A stretch of 64,000 bases of DNA from Pseudomonadota bacterium (GCA_040385245.1 JAZKHT010000004.1:173233-237232); one strand, 5' to 3'. Counted from the first letter of the stretch, positions 37,092 to 47,160 are shown. The notes: generated by a model from the letters alone, not told the origin. Made by a program: numbers and translations.

Positions 37092-38475
37092 CGGGGGCCG
37101 TGGTCGCCAACAGATCGGCCGCATCCAGAAGGATATCCTCGCGAAACTGATCCGCCAGAAGCTGGATGCCGACAGGCGTATTCCCGATGCGACCCGTGGT
37201 CAGCGTCACGCCCGGCAGACCCATGAAAGGTGGGGCGATCTGCGGCAATTGCGCGGCCAGAACCGCGTCAAAATCCGTCTCGGACGCGACATCGCGGTGA
37301 TCGGCAAAGGGAAGTTCGTTGGAAACCGGGCACAACACCAGCGGCCAGTCAGTCAGAAACGCGCGCCACAGGCGGACAAGCCGCGCGCGCGATTGCAGCG
37401 TTTCCATCAACCCGTGCAGGGTGATTTCGGGGCTGTGGCGGCACAATTGGGCATAGACAAAGGTGGCGTCGGGGTCGGCCTCTGCGTGCACTGCAGCGGC
37501 GTTGGAGTGGCGGAATTCCGCAAGCCACAGGCGCAGTTGCAAGGCCATCGCCTCGGCCAAAGGCGGCAGGGCCGGGGTGTCGACCTGCCATCCTGCATCC
37601 TGCAAGGTGCGGGCGGCGTCCTGAAGTGCGGATTGGATCGCGGGGTGGACGGCGGCCCCTTCGGGCGACAGGCACAGGGCCGCGCGGCGCGGATAGGCGG
37701 TGCCGGTCAGCGGGGCGGGCATCCACCACGGGTCGCGTCCATCCGGGGCAGACATGGCCGCCAGCGCCAGCCGCAGATCGGCGACCGACCGGGCCAAGGG
37801 GCCGGACACCGCCATCAACTGCCCGCCGATCAACCGGTCTGGCCCCGTGGCGTTGAAGGCGGGCACCCGACCCAGCGACGGGCGCAGGCCGTGGATGCCG
37901 CAGGCATAGGCCGGATACCGGATCGATCCCGCAATGTCGGTTCCATGACCAATCGGGCCGATGCCCGCAGCCACCGCCGCCGCTGCCCCCCCTGACGATC
38001 CACCGGGGGTCAGTGCGGGGTTGCGCGGGTTCACAGTCGCCCCGTGCAGGGAATTGCGGCTGAACCAGCGCAGCGAAAAGGCCGGCGTGTTGGTGCGCCC
38101 GATCAGGACCGCGCCTGCCTTGCGCAGATTGGCGACAACCGGGCTGTCGTCTGTGGCGATCAGGTCTTTTTGCAGGCGCAGGCCGTTTGTGGTGGCCTGT
38201 CCCGCCTGATCGACGTTGACCTTGATTGTGACCGGAACCCCTGCCAGCGGACCGGGGTCGATGCCCTTTGACAGATCGCGGTCAACGGCATCGGCGCGGG
38301 CGCGGGCTTCGTCATCGAAACGGGCGACCACGGCGTTCAGCCGGGGGTTCACGGCATCCATGCGCGCCAGCACCGCGTCGGTGATCTGGCGGGCGGACAC
38401 ATCCCGCGCGGCAAGGCGGGCGCGCAGGTCGGTTGCGGTCAGGCGGAAGAGGTCGGTCACGGTGCGTTCCCCCAT
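37081..38475 (-). CDS. amidase (amidase-signature family)
   Basis: Start MGERTVTDLFRLTATDLRARL (ATG 38475). AS motif ...GGSSGGAAAAVAAG.... The upstream 326 codons of ORF 37081..39453 are antisense to the SBP gene and not coding. Confidence 0.9.
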   Translation of the reverse strand: MGERTVTDLFRLTATDLRARLAARDVSARQITDAVLARMDAVNPRLNAVVARFDDEARARADAVDRDLSKGIDPGPLAGVPVTIKVNVDQAGQATTNGLRLQKDLIATDDSPVVANLRKAGAVLIGRTNTPAFSLRWFSRNSLHGATVNPRNPALTPGGSSGGAAAAVAAGIGPIGHGTDIAGSIRYPAYACGIHGLRPSLGRVPAFNATGPDRLIGGQLMAVSGPLARSVADLRLALAAMSAPDGRDPWWMPAPLTGTAYPRRAALCLSPEGAAVHPAIQSALQDAARTLQDAGWQVDTPALPPLAEAMALQLRLWLAEFRHSNAAAVHAEADPDATFVYAQLCRHSPEITLHGLMETLQSRARLVRLWRAFLTDWPLVLCPVSNELPFADHRDVASETDFDAVLAAQLPQIAPPFMGLPGVTLTTGRIGNTPVGIQLLADQFREDILLDAADLLATTAPVTD

Positions 38476-38568
38476 AGATCGCGCGATGGTGACGCTTTTG
38501 CGCGCGCTTGCAAGCGGGCAGGGGCGCGGCCATAGTCGGCGCAAATGTCCTGTGACGGAGGTGCCCCG

Positions 38569-39351
38569 ATGAAACTGAGTGCTGCGCTTGGCCTGATGGC
38601 CCTGACCCTTGCCGCCCCCGCCTTTGCCCAAGTGCCCGATCTGGCCGGGCGCGAGGTGGTGGTGGTGACCGAAAACGCCTATCCGCCGTTGCAGTTTCTG
38701 GACGCCGCAGGCGCCGCTGTCGGCTGGGAATATGACGCCATGGCCGAAATCGCAAAGCGGCTGAACATCACAGTTTCCTATGAAAACATCAGTTGGGACG
38801 CGATGATCCCGGCGGTGTCGGAAGGGCAATTCGACATGGGGATGACAGGCATCACCATCCGCGATGACCGCAAGGAAATGGTCGATTTCTCGGACAGCTA
38901 CATGACGTCTGAAATGGTGATGATGGTGCGCGGCGACGAGGCACGGTTCACCGATGCCGCGTCCTTTTCGGCAAACCCCGAACTGCTGATGGCAGCCCAG
39001 CCTGGCACGACGCCGTTCTATGTCGGCGTCTACGAGGTGCTGGACGGCGACGAGGCGAACCCGCGCATCAAGCTGTTCGAAACCTTTGGCGCCACGGTCG
39101 AGGCGTTGAAGGCAGGGGACGTCGATCTGGTGCTGACCGATGGCACTGCGGGTGCGGGCTATGTCGACGCCAGCGCCGGCGGATTGAAGATCGTTGGTGA
39201 CAAGCTGGGGACCGAGGATTTCGGGTTCATCTTCCCCAAGGGGTCCGATCTGGTCGGTCCGATGAATGCCGCGATTGCCGCGATGCGTGCGGATGGCACG
39301 CTTGAGGCGCTGAACAAGAAGTGGTTCCTTGATTACAAGATGGGCGGCTGA
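38569..39351 (+). CDS. amino-acid ABC transporter substrate-binding protein (family 3)
   Basis: Start [21 protein letters not shown] (GGAGG SD). ...[30 protein letters not shown].... Confidence 0.85.
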   Translation: MKLSAALGLMALTLAAPAFAQVPDLAGREVVVVTENAYPPLQFLDAAGAAVGWEYDAMAEIAKRLNITVSYENISWDAMIPAVSEGQFDMGMTGITIRDDRKEMVDFSDSYMTSEMVMMVRGDEARFTDAASFSANPELLMAAQPGTTPFYVGVYEVLDGDEANPRIKLFETFGATVEALKAGDVDLVLTDGTAGAGYVDASAGGLKIVGDKLGTEDFGFIFPKGSDLVGPMNAAIAAMRADGTLEALNKKWFLDYKMGG

Positions 39352-39360
39352 TGCCCCCGG

Positions 39361-39381
39361 CCCCGCAGCGTGACTGCGGGG
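39361..39381 (+). other. intercistronic stem-loop CCCCGCAG-CGTGA-CTGCGGGG
   Basis: Perfect 8-bp stem between the SBP stop and the permease start. Confidence 0.7.
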
Positions 39382-39391
39382 CCGCAGTCCA

Positions 39392-40189
39392 ATGACCTCG
39401 CCCCCGAAACAGGACAGCGATTTTCCATGGTGGCTGGTGATCCTTGCGATCACCGGGGCGTGGCTGTTTTACGAGGTCTGGGCCAGCGACGTCTATTCGC
39501 AGGCCATCGGCACACTGGCCAAGGGTATCCGCATCACCGTCTTTGTCACGCTGGTGGCGTATGGAATGGCCTGCGCGCTGGGCCTGTTGCTGGCGCTGGC
39601 GGGGACCAGCCGGTTCATCGTGCTGCGACAGATGGCGCGCCTGTATATCGAGGTGGTGCGCGGTGTGCCGATCATCGTGCTGTTGCTGTATGTGGCCTTC
39701 GTTGTGTCGCCCGCCTTTGTGATCGGGTGGAACTGGGTGACGGTGCCGTTGGGGTTCGATGCCCTGAAAACACGGGATTTTCCGCTGCTGTGGCGCGCGG
39801 TGATCGCGCTGACGATGGCCTATTCCGCCTTTCTGGCCGAGGTGTTCCGCGCCGGTCTGCAAGCGGTGGACAAGGGCCAGATCGAGGCCGCCGAGGCGCT
39901 GGGTCTGAACGGCTGGCAGCGGTTTCGCCACATCGTCTTTCCGCAGGCCTTTCGTATGATCCTGCCGCCCTTGGGCAATGACTTTGTGGCCATGGTCAAG
40001 GACAGCAGTCTGGTGTCCGTGCTGGGGGTGGCCGACATCACCCAATTGGGCAAGGTGACTGCGGCGGGGAATTTCCGCTACTTCGAGACATATAATCTGG
40101 TGGCGCTGCTGTACCTGACCATGACCATTGGCTTAAGTCTGATCCTGCGGCGTCTTGAGGCACGGCTGCGCGCCAAGACCGACCGTTGA
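39392..40189 (+). CDS. amino-acid ABC transporter permease (His/Glu/Gln/Arg/opine family)
   Basis: 265 aa. ...EAAEALGLNGWQRFRHIVFPQAFRMILPPLGNDFVAMVKDSSL... (EAA loop). Confidence 0.85.
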   Translation: MTSPPKQDSDFPWWLVILAITGAWLFYEVWASDVYSQAIGTLAKGIRITVFVTLVAYGMACALGLLLALAGTSRFIVLRQMARLYIEVVRGVPIIVLLLYVAFVVSPAFVIGWNWVTVPLGFDALKTRDFPLLWRAVIALTMAYSAFLAEVFRAGLQAVDKGQIEAAEALGLNGWQRFRHIVFPQAFRMILPPLGNDFVAMVKDSSLVSVLGVADITQLGKVTAAGNFRYFETYNLVALLYLTMTIGLSLILRRLEARLRAKTDR

Positions 40190-40295
40190 TCCGTTGGCGC
40201 GGGAAGAATTTTCCTGCGAAAGTTTTTCGGCCCCTGTGGAGGCGGCTGGACCTTGGGGCGGGGGATGCCTAGGGTCCTGCGCAAAGGAGATTGCC

Positions 40296-42314
40296 ATGAC
40301 AAATCCTCTGTTGACGCAATGGGAAACGCCGTTCGGCCTGCCCCCTTTTGCACAGATCGGTGACGCGGATTTCGGACCGGCGTTCGATGCCGCCTTGGCC
40401 GAGGCACGCGCCAACATCGCGGCCATCGCAGACAGTGTCGACGCACCGACGTTTGACAATACCATCGCGGCGCTGGAACTGGCCGAGGGCGCGTTGGACC
40501 GGGTGTCCGGGGTTTTTTACAATCTGGCAGGGGCCGACAGCACCGACGCGCGCGAGGCGTTGATGCGCGATCTTGCCCCGAAGATGAGCGCGTTCTCGTC
40601 CGAGGTGACAAACAATCAGGCGCTGTTTTCGCGGATCGACACGCTTTGGCAGGGGCGTGACGCTCTGGGGCTGGACGCCGAACAGATGCGGGTGCTGACG
40701 CTGTACCGGCGCATGTTCGTGCGCGCCGGTGCCGAATTGCGCGGCGATGCTGCGGCGCGATTGACGGCGGTCAAGTCGCGGCTGGCCGTCCTTGGCACGG
40801 CATTCGGCCAAAACCTGTTGGCGGACGAGAGGGACTGGTTCATGCCGCTGGCCGAGGTCGATCTGGAAGGGTTGCCTGATTTCGTGGTGGCCTCTGCCCG
40901 CACGGCAGGGGTCGAGCGTGGCCAATCGGGGCCGTTGGTGACACTGAACCGGTCGCTGATCGTGCCGTTCCTGCAGTTTTCCCCCCGGCGCGCCCTGCGC
41001 AAACGGGCGTATGAGGCGTGGGTTGCGCGCGGTGCCAATGGCAACGCCACCGACAACCGTGGGATTGCTGCCGAAATCCTTGCCCTGCGGGACGAGCGGG
41101 CAAAGCTGTTGGGGTATGCCAGTTTCGCTGACTTCAAGCTGGAGCCAGAGATGGCCAAGACGCCTGCGGCGGTGCGCGATCTGTTGATGCGCGTCTGGGC
41201 ACCGGCCAAGCGCAAGGCAATGGAAGATGCGGCGATCTTGCAGGGCATGATGCAGGCCGACGGGGTGAACGGCGAGTTGGAGGCGTGGGATTGGCGGTAC
41301 TACTCCGAAAAGCGCCGCAAGGCCGAGCATGATCTGGATGAGGCGGCGCTGAAGCCCTACCTGTCGCTGGACGCGATGCTGGGCGCGCAGTTCGACTGTG
41401 CCAACCGCCTGTTCGGGTTGGAGTTTCGCGCGCTGGACGTGGTCTTGTATCATCCTGACGCCCGTGCGTGGGAAGTGACGCGGAACGGCGCGCATGTCGC
41501 GGTGTTCATCGGTGACTATTTCGCGCGGTCGTCGAAACGGTCGGGGGCGTGGTGTTCGGCAATGCGCAGCCAACGGAAACTGGGCGGCGATGTGCGGCCC
41601 ATCGTCGTGAACGTCTGCAACTTTGCCAAAGGTGATCCGGCGCTGTTGTCCTATGACGATGCGCGGACGCTGTTCCACGAGTTCGGGCATGCGCTGCATC
41701 AGATGCTGTCGGATGTGACCCACGGGTTCATCTCTGGCACCTCTGTCGCGCGGGATTTCGTGGAATTGCCCAGCCAGTTGTACGAACACTGGCTGGAAGT
41801 GCCCGAAGTGCTGGAAAAGCACGCGCGCCACTGGCAGACTGGGGATGCGATGCCCGCCGACAAGCTGCGGCGGTTGCTAGCGGCGGGCACCTATGATCAG
41901 GGGTTCGCAACGGTGGAATTCGTCTCGTCAGCGCTGGTCGATCTGGCGTTCCACGAAGGGGAGGCCCCTGCCGATCCGATGGCGATGCAGGATGCGGTAT
42001 TGGCCGATCTCGGCATGCCGCGCGCGATCCGCATGCGGCATGCCACGCCGCATTTCGCGCATGTGTTTTCCGGCGATGGCTATTCGGCGGGCTATTACAG
42101 CTACATGTGGTCCGAAGTGATGGACGCTGATGCCTTTGCCGCGTTTGAAGAGGCGGGCGATCCGTTCGATCCCGAAACCGCCCGGTTGCTCGAACGGCAT
42201 ATCCTGTCGGCGGGCGGATCGGACGAGGCAGAGGCGCTGTATCTGCGGTTCCGGGGGAAGATGCCGGGGGTAGAGGCACTGTTGAAAGGGCGCGGCTTGC
42301 TGGACGCGGCCTGA
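40296..42314 (+). CDS. dcp: M3-family peptidyl-dipeptidase (Dcp-like)
   Basis: Start MTNPLLTQWETPFGLPPF (AAGGAGA SD). Zinc motif HEFGHALH. Confidence 0.9.
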   Translation: MTNPLLTQWETPFGLPPFAQIGDADFGPAFDAALAEARANIAAIADSVDAPTFDNTIAALELAEGALDRVSGVFYNLAGADSTDAREALMRDLAPKMSAFSSEVTNNQALFSRIDTLWQGRDALGLDAEQMRVLTLYRRMFVRAGAELRGDAAARLTAVKSRLAVLGTAFGQNLLADERDWFMPLAEVDLEGLPDFVVASARTAGVERGQSGPLVTLNRSLIVPFLQFSPRRALRKRAYEAWVARGANGNATDNRGIAAEILALRDERAKLLGYASFADFKLEPEMAKTPAAVRDLLMRVWAPAKRKAMEDAAILQGMMQADGVNGELEAWDWRYYSEKRRKAEHDLDEAALKPYLSLDAMLGAQFDCANRLFGLEFRALDVVLYHPDARAWEVTRNGAHVAVFIGDYFARSSKRSGAWCSAMRSQRKLGGDVRPIVVNVCNFAKGDPALLSYDDARTLFHEFGHALHQMLSDVTHGFISGTSVARDFVELPSQLYEHWLEVPEVLEKHARHWQTGDAMPADKLRRLLAAGTYDQGFATVEFVSSALVDLAFHEGEAPADPMAMQDAVLADLGMPRAIRMRHATPHFAHVFSGDGYSAGYYSYMWSEVMDADAFAAFEEAGDPFDPETARLLERHILSAGGSDEAEALYLRFRGKMPGVEALLKGRGLLDAA

Positions 42315-42329
42315 ATGGGGGCCATCGTA

Positions 42330-42354
42330 GGGGGGCGGGTTCGTCCCCCTTTTT
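42330..42354 (+). terminator. rho-independent terminator after dcp
   Basis: GGGGGGCG-GGTT-CGTCCCCC (one G.U pair) followed by TTTTT. Confidence 0.7.
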
Positions 42355-43322
42355 CATGCCCTTCGCAGGGTGCTCGGGGCAGCGCCGAAGTGGCGTCTGA
42401 ACGCCCGTGACAGGGTTGATGGCGAGGAAAAGCCACAGCGCAAGGCCACCTCGGCCAAGGGGTGCCGGGTGTCGGTGATCATCCGGCGCGCGGCTTGCAG
42501 GCGCAGACCAAGGGCATAGGCGGCAGGCGTCTGGCCAAGCGCCTGATGGAACAGCATTTCAAGGCGGCGGGGTGACAGGCCCACGGCGCGGGCCGTCGTC
42601 TGGACGGGTTCAGGGGTGTCGAGTGTCGACTCCATCCGCGCGATAGCCTCGGCCACGCGGGGATCAAGGCGCGGATCGCGTTTGGGCGGGGCGAATTGCG
42701 GTTCGTGCCCGTCGCGCGCGGTGGTAATGAAGGACGCCGCCACCTGACGGGCCAGCGGCGCACCGTGGCGGCACCGGATCAGATGCAGCATCAGATCGGC
42801 AGCAGGCGCGGCTCCGCCTGCGGAAAACCGGGTGCGGTCGATGACAAAGCGGTCAGGCACCACGTCAAGCTGAGGGTGGGCGGCGGCGAGATCCTCGAGG
42901 TCTTCCCAATGCACGGTCGTCTTGTGCCCATCCAGCAACCCCGCGCGCGCCAGCACCCAAGGCCCCGCGTCGATCCCGCCGATCATGGCAAAGCGCGGGG
43001 CAGCACGGCGCAGGTCGCGCAGAAAGGGGCGGGTCGCCACCTCGGCCTGCCGATAGCCTGCGATAACGATCAGGGCATCGGCCCCATCGCCTTGCGCCAG
43101 CGTCCCGCTGGAGGGCAGTTCGATCCCACAGGTCAGGGGAACGGGCTGACCGTCGGGCGACAGGATGCGCCAGCGATAGGCGTCGTGCCCCAGATGGCGG
43201 TTGGCCGCACGCATCGGATCAAGGGTCGAGGCCACCTCAAGGATCGAGGCGTGCGGCAGAACCAGCACCGCGATGGTCAGCGGGTCTTGCGACGGGGCAA
43301 AGATCGTTTCGCTTTTCGCCAT
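42354..43322 (-). CDS. GlxA/GATase1-AraC family transcriptional regulator (CdhR-like)
   Basis: Start MAKSETIFAPSQDPLTIAVLVLPHASILEV (ATG 43322). DJ-1/PfpI-like N-domain plus C-terminal AraC HTH. Divergent from the BKACE/carnitine dehydrogenase genes. The rest of ORF 42354..44873 is antisense. Confidence 0.85.
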   Translation of the reverse strand: MAKSETIFAPSQDPLTIAVLVLPHASILEVASTLDPMRAANRHLGHDAYRWRILSPDGQPVPLTCGIELPSSGTLAQGDGADALIVIAGYRQAEVATRPFLRDLRRAAPRFAMIGGIDAGPWVLARAGLLDGHKTTVHWEDLEDLAAAHPQLDVVPDRFVIDRTRFSAGGAAPAADLMLHLIRCRHGAPLARQVAASFITTARDGHEPQFAPPKRDPRLDPRVAEAIARMESTLDTPEPVQTTARAVGLSPRRLEMLFHQALGQTPAAYALGLRLQAARRMITDTRHPLAEVALRCGFSSPSTLSRAFRRHFGAAPSTLRRA

Positions 43323-43330
43323 GATTATTT

Positions 43331-43384
43331 CGTAAATCGTCAAGCAGGGCCGCGCAAGGGCGTTAAAGTCGGGCGCGTAAATCG
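43331..43384. promoter_or_regulatory. direct repeat CGTAAATCG x2 (45 bp apart) in the regulator/BKACE divergent promoter
   Basis: 43331-43339 and 43376-43384 are identical 9-mers. A related CGTTAAAGTCG lies at 43361-43371. Confidence 0.4.
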
Positions 43385-43394
43385 GAGGAACACC

Positions 43395-44309
43395 ATGCCA
43401 CTTGCCATGAACCGCGAGGTTTTCATCACCTGTGCCGTGACCGGATCGGGCGGCACGCAGGACCGCAGCCCGCATGTGCCGCGCAGCCCGGCGCAGATCG
43501 CCGACAGCGCGATTGCGGCGGCCAAGGCGGGGGCGGCGGTGGTGCATTGCCATGTGCGCGACCCTGAAACCGGCAAACCATCGCGTGATCCCGCGCTTTA
43601 CCGCGAAGTGACCGAACGTATCCGCGACAGCGCAACGGATGTCGTGCTGAACCTGACAGCAGGCATGGGCGGCGACATCTATTTCGAAGGGTCCGAGGAT
43701 ATGGGGCGTATGGGCCCGCGATCCGACATGGCCGGGGCGACCGAACGCGTGGCGCATGTCGTGGATTGCCGACCTGAGATTTGCACGCTCGACTGCGGCA
43801 CGATGAACTTCAACGAGGCCGATTATGTAATGGTCAACACGCCGGGCCTGTTGCGCGACATGGCGCGGCGGATGACGGCGGCGGGCGTGCGGATCGAGAT
43901 CGAGGCGTTCGACACCGGGCACCTGTGGTTGGCCAAGGAACTGGTCAAAGAGGGGGCGATACCCGATCCGGTGCTGGTGCAGTTGTGCATGGGCGTGCCG
44001 TGGGGTGCGCCGGACGATCTGAACACCTTCATGGCGATGGTGAACAACGTGCCGTCGAACTGGCATTGGTCGGCCTTTTCCATCGGTCGCAATCAGATGG
44101 CTTATGTTGCGGCCGCCGTTCTGGGCGGCGGCAACGTGCGGGTGGGGCTGGAGGACAACCTGTGGCTCGACAAGGGCGTGCTGGCCACCAACGCGCAACT
44201 GGTGGAACGCGCGGCGACCATCATCGAAAGCATGGGCGCGCGGGTGATCACACCGGCCGAGGTGCGGGCGAAACTGAAGCTGGAAAAACGCGCGCCTTTG
44301 GCACGTTAA
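43395..44309 (+). CDS. BKACE-family (DUF849) beta-keto acid cleavage enzyme, probable 3-dehydrocarnitine cleavage enzyme
   Basis: Start MPLAMNREVFITCAVTGSGGTQDRSPHVPRSPAQIADSAIAAAKAGAAVVHCHVRDPETG (GGAGG SD). TIM-barrel BKACE signature. Confidence 0.85.
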   Translation: MPLAMNREVFITCAVTGSGGTQDRSPHVPRSPAQIADSAIAAAKAGAAVVHCHVRDPETGKPSRDPALYREVTERIRDSATDVVLNLTAGMGGDIYFEGSEDMGRMGPRSDMAGATERVAHVVDCRPEICTLDCGTMNFNEADYVMVNTPGLLRDMARRMTAAGVRIEIEAFDTGHLWLAKELVKEGAIPDPVLVQLCMGVPWGAPDDLNTFMAMVNNVPSNWHWSAFSIGRNQMAYVAAAVLGGGNVRVGLEDNLWLDKGVLATNAQLVERAATIIESMGARVITPAEVRAKLKLEKRAPLAR

Positions 44310-44324
44310 CGGGGGGGACCGGGC

Positions 44325-45779
44325 ATGACACGCAAGGCGGCAATCATTGGTGGTGGAGTGATCGGTGGCGGTTGGGCTGCGCGGTTTTTGCTGAACGGCT
44401 GGGATGTCGCGGTGTTCGATCCCGACCCCGAGGTGGAGCGCAAGGTGGGTGAAGTGCTGGCCAACGCCCGCCGCGCGCTGCCTGCGCTGTCGGATGGGCC
44501 GATGCCTGCCGAAGGCCGCCTGACCTTTGCCGGAACCATCACCGAGGCGCTGGAGGGGGCCGAATATGTGCAGGAATCCGTCAGCGAACGGCTGGATCTG
44601 AAGCATCGCGTCTATCGCCAGATTCAGCAGGCGGCCCCCGGCGTGATGATCGGATCGTCCACCTCGGGCTTCAAGCCGAGCGAGTTGCAGGATGGGATGG
44701 CAAACCCGGCCACGATCTTTGTCGCCCACCCGTTCAACCCGGTCTACCTGCTGCCGCTGGCCGAAGTGGTGCCGTCGGCCAAATCCGACCCCGCCCTGAT
44801 CGAACGCGCCAAAGAGACGTTGCGCGAAATCGGCATGTTCCCGCTGCATGTGCGCAAGGAAATCGACGCCCATATCGCCGATCGGTTCCTAGAGGCGGTC
44901 TGGCGCGAGGCGCTGTGGCTGGTCAAGGACGGCATCGCAACGACGGAAGAAATCGACGAGGCGATCCGCATGGGCTTTGGTCTGCGCTGGGGGCAGATGG
45001 GCCTGTTCGAGACGTATCGCGTCGCGGGCGGCGAAGCAGGCATGAAGCACTTCATGGCCCAGTTCGGCCCGTGCCTGCAATGGCCCTGGACCAAACTGAC
45101 GGATGTGCCCGAGTTCAATGACGAACTTGTCGATCTGATTGCCGGACAGTCTGACGCGCAGTCAGGCATGCACACTATCCGCGAGTTGGAGCGGATCCGC
45201 GACCAGAACCTGATCGGGTTCCTGCGGGTGCTGAAGGAACGCAACTGGGGCGCCGGGAAGGTGTTGTTGGAGCATGACGCGCGCCGTCGTGCCGTGATGT
45301 CCGTGGCAGTTCCGGGTGCCGGACCGATGGAATGCGCCCGTCTGACCGTGCTGCCCGGATGGATCGATTACAACGGCCACATGACCGAAAGCCGCTATCT
45401 GTTCGCCGCCTCCGAAACCTGCGATGCCTTCCTGCGTCACATCGGGGCGGACATCGCCTATGTCGGCACGGGATTCAGCTATTATACCGCCGAAACCCAC
45501 ATCATGCATCTGGACGAGGCAAAGCTTGGCGATGCGCTGACCGGAACGGTGCAGGTGATCCATGCCGATGAAAAGCGGCTGCACCTCTTTATCCGCATCC
45601 TGAAGGGCGATGTGGCCGTGGCCACGTTGGAACAGATGCTGCTGCATGTCGATATGGCGGCGGGCAAGACCTGTGCCGCCCCGGCGGCAATTCTGAACCG
45701 GCTGTTGCCGATTGCGCTGGCGCATCAGGCGCTGGACCGGCCAAGTGCGGCCGGTCGTCACGTCGGCCAGCGCGGATAG
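44325..45779 (+). CDS. L-carnitine 3-dehydrogenase fused to C-terminal hotdog thioesterase domain
   Basis: 484 aa. MTRKAAIIGGGVIGGGWAARFLLNGWDVAVFDP (3-hydroxyacyl-CoA dehydrogenase fold). C-terminal ...GWIDYNGHMTESRYLFAASE... (4HBT-type). Confidence 0.85.
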   Translation: MTRKAAIIGGGVIGGGWAARFLLNGWDVAVFDPDPEVERKVGEVLANARRALPALSDGPMPAEGRLTFAGTITEALEGAEYVQESVSERLDLKHRVYRQIQQAAPGVMIGSSTSGFKPSELQDGMANPATIFVAHPFNPVYLLPLAEVVPSAKSDPALIERAKETLREIGMFPLHVRKEIDAHIADRFLEAVWREALWLVKDGIATTEEIDEAIRMGFGLRWGQMGLFETYRVAGGEAGMKHFMAQFGPCLQWPWTKLTDVPEFNDELVDLIAGQSDAQSGMHTIRELERIRDQNLIGFLRVLKERNWGAGKVLLEHDARRRAVMSVAVPGAGPMECARLTVLPGWIDYNGHMTESRYLFAASETCDAFLRHIGADIAYVGTGFSYYTAETHIMHLDEAKLGDALTGTVQVIHADEKRLHLFIRILKGDVAVATLEQMLLHVDMAAGKTCAAPAAILNRLLPIALAHQALDRPSAAGRHVGQRG

Positions 45780-45788
45780 GGGGCAGCG

Positions 45789-46952
45789 ATGCAGTTCGGA
45801 CTGACCGAAGAACAGCAGATGATCGTCGCGACCACGCGCGCCTTTGTCGAAGACCAGCTTTTCCCGCACGAGGCCGAGGTGGAACGCAGCGGTCACCTGC
45901 GGATGGACTTGATCCGCGATTTGCAGGCCAAGGCGATGGCGGCGGGTCTGTATGCGGCCAACATGCCCGCCGAGGTGGGGGGCGCAGGTCTGGATACGCT
46001 GACCTGGCTTTTATACGAAAAGGAATTGGGCAAGGCGAACTATGCCCTTCACTGGACCTGCGTCGCGCGCCCGTCGAATATCCTGCTGGCCGGCACGCCG
46101 GAACAGCGGGAACGCTATCTGTATCCCTGCATCCGGGGGGAGACTTGGGATTGCCTTGCCATGACCGAACCCGGGGCTGGGTCTGACTTGCGCGGCATGA
46201 AGGCCAGCGCACGACCGGATGGCGGTGACTGGGTGCTGAACGGCACCAAACATTTCATCAGCCATGCCGACATCGCCGGGTTTTCAATCGTCTTCATGGC
46301 GACGGGCGAAGAGGACACGCCGCGCGGCAAAAAAAAGCGGATCACGGCGTTCTTTGTCGACAAGGGCACGCCGGGGTTCACCGTGCGCGAAGGCTATCGC
46401 AACGTCAGCCATCGCGGCTACACCAACGCAATCCTTGAATTCAACGACTGCCGTCTGCCGCAGTCAGCGGTCCTGGGCGAGGTGCACAAGGGGTTCGAGG
46501 TGGCGAACACCTGGCTCGGGGCGACGCGGTTGCAGGTGGCTGCGACCTGCCTTGGCCGGGCCGAACGCGCGCTGGGCCATGCCATCGCCTATGCCGCCGA
46601 CCGCCGTCAGTTCGGCCAGCCCATCGGCAAGTTTCAGGGCGTGTCGTTCAAGCTGGCCGACATGGCGATGGAACTGAAGGCCGCCGAACTGCTGACATGG
46701 GAGGCGGCGTGGAAATTCGATCAGGGCACGGTGACCGAGGCCGACATGTCGATGGCGAAACTGAAGGCGACCGAGGTGCTGGCCATGATCGCGGACGAGG
46801 CGATCCAGATCCACGGTGGCATGGGTCTGATGGATGATCTGCCGCTGGAACGTATCTGGCGCGATGCGCGGGTTGAACGGATATGGGAGGGCACGTCCGA
46901 AATTCAGCGTCACATCATCAGCCGCGAATTGCTGCGCCCGCATGAGGGGTGA
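45789..46952 (+). CDS. acyl-CoA dehydrogenase (CaiA/gamma-butyrobetainyl-CoA dehydrogenase-like by context)
   Basis: 387 aa. ...CLAMTEPGAGSDLRG..., ...IQIHGGMGLMDDLPLERIWRDARVERIWEGTSEIQ.... Confidence 0.85.
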   Translation: MQFGLTEEQQMIVATTRAFVEDQLFPHEAEVERSGHLRMDLIRDLQAKAMAAGLYAANMPAEVGGAGLDTLTWLLYEKELGKANYALHWTCVARPSNILLAGTPEQRERYLYPCIRGETWDCLAMTEPGAGSDLRGMKASARPDGGDWVLNGTKHFISHADIAGFSIVFMATGEEDTPRGKKKRITAFFVDKGTPGFTVREGYRNVSHRGYTNAILEFNDCRLPQSAVLGEVHKGFEVANTWLGATRLQVAATCLGRAERALGHAIAYAADRRQFGQPIGKFQGVSFKLADMAMELKAAELLTWEAAWKFDQGTVTEADMSMAKLKATEVLAMIADEAIQIHGGMGLMDDLPLERIWRDARVERIWEGTSEIQRHIISRELLRPHEG

Positions 46953-46980
46953 CAGAGGCGCATGGGCTGAAGCGTCGCAC

Positions 46981-47046
46981 GGGGAGCTGTTTGCCCCCCA
47001 CGGCCTTCGGCCTTCCCCCCAAGGATATTTGAGAACAAATGAAAGC
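46981..47046 (+). repeat. hairpin-GGATATTT dispersed repeat, copy B (left arm of MITE-like element)
   Basis: GGGGAGCTGTTTGCCCCCC...CCCCCCAAGGATATTTGAGAACAAATGAAAGC. Begins 29 nt after the dehydrogenase stop. Confidence 0.7.
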
Positions 47047-47160
47047 AACGAAATGTTAACTTTCAGGTGGCAGTCTGGAACTACGGTACATGGGTGGGCC
47101 CCGATGACCGTAACAGGTGAATACCCTCTGCCTCCTGCATGGGGGGCAGGGCGGCCTTTA

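Noticed and set aside
38476-39453. N-terminal 326 codons of ORF 37081..39453 (would make a 790-aa amidase)
   Set aside because: The amidase homology begins at MGERTV (ATG 38475). The extension is antisense to the SBP gene and compositionally aberrant.
43323-44873. N-terminal 517 codons of ORF 42354..44873
   Set aside because: The regulator begins at MAKSETIF (ATG 43322). The extension is antisense to the BKACE and carnitine dehydrogenase genes.
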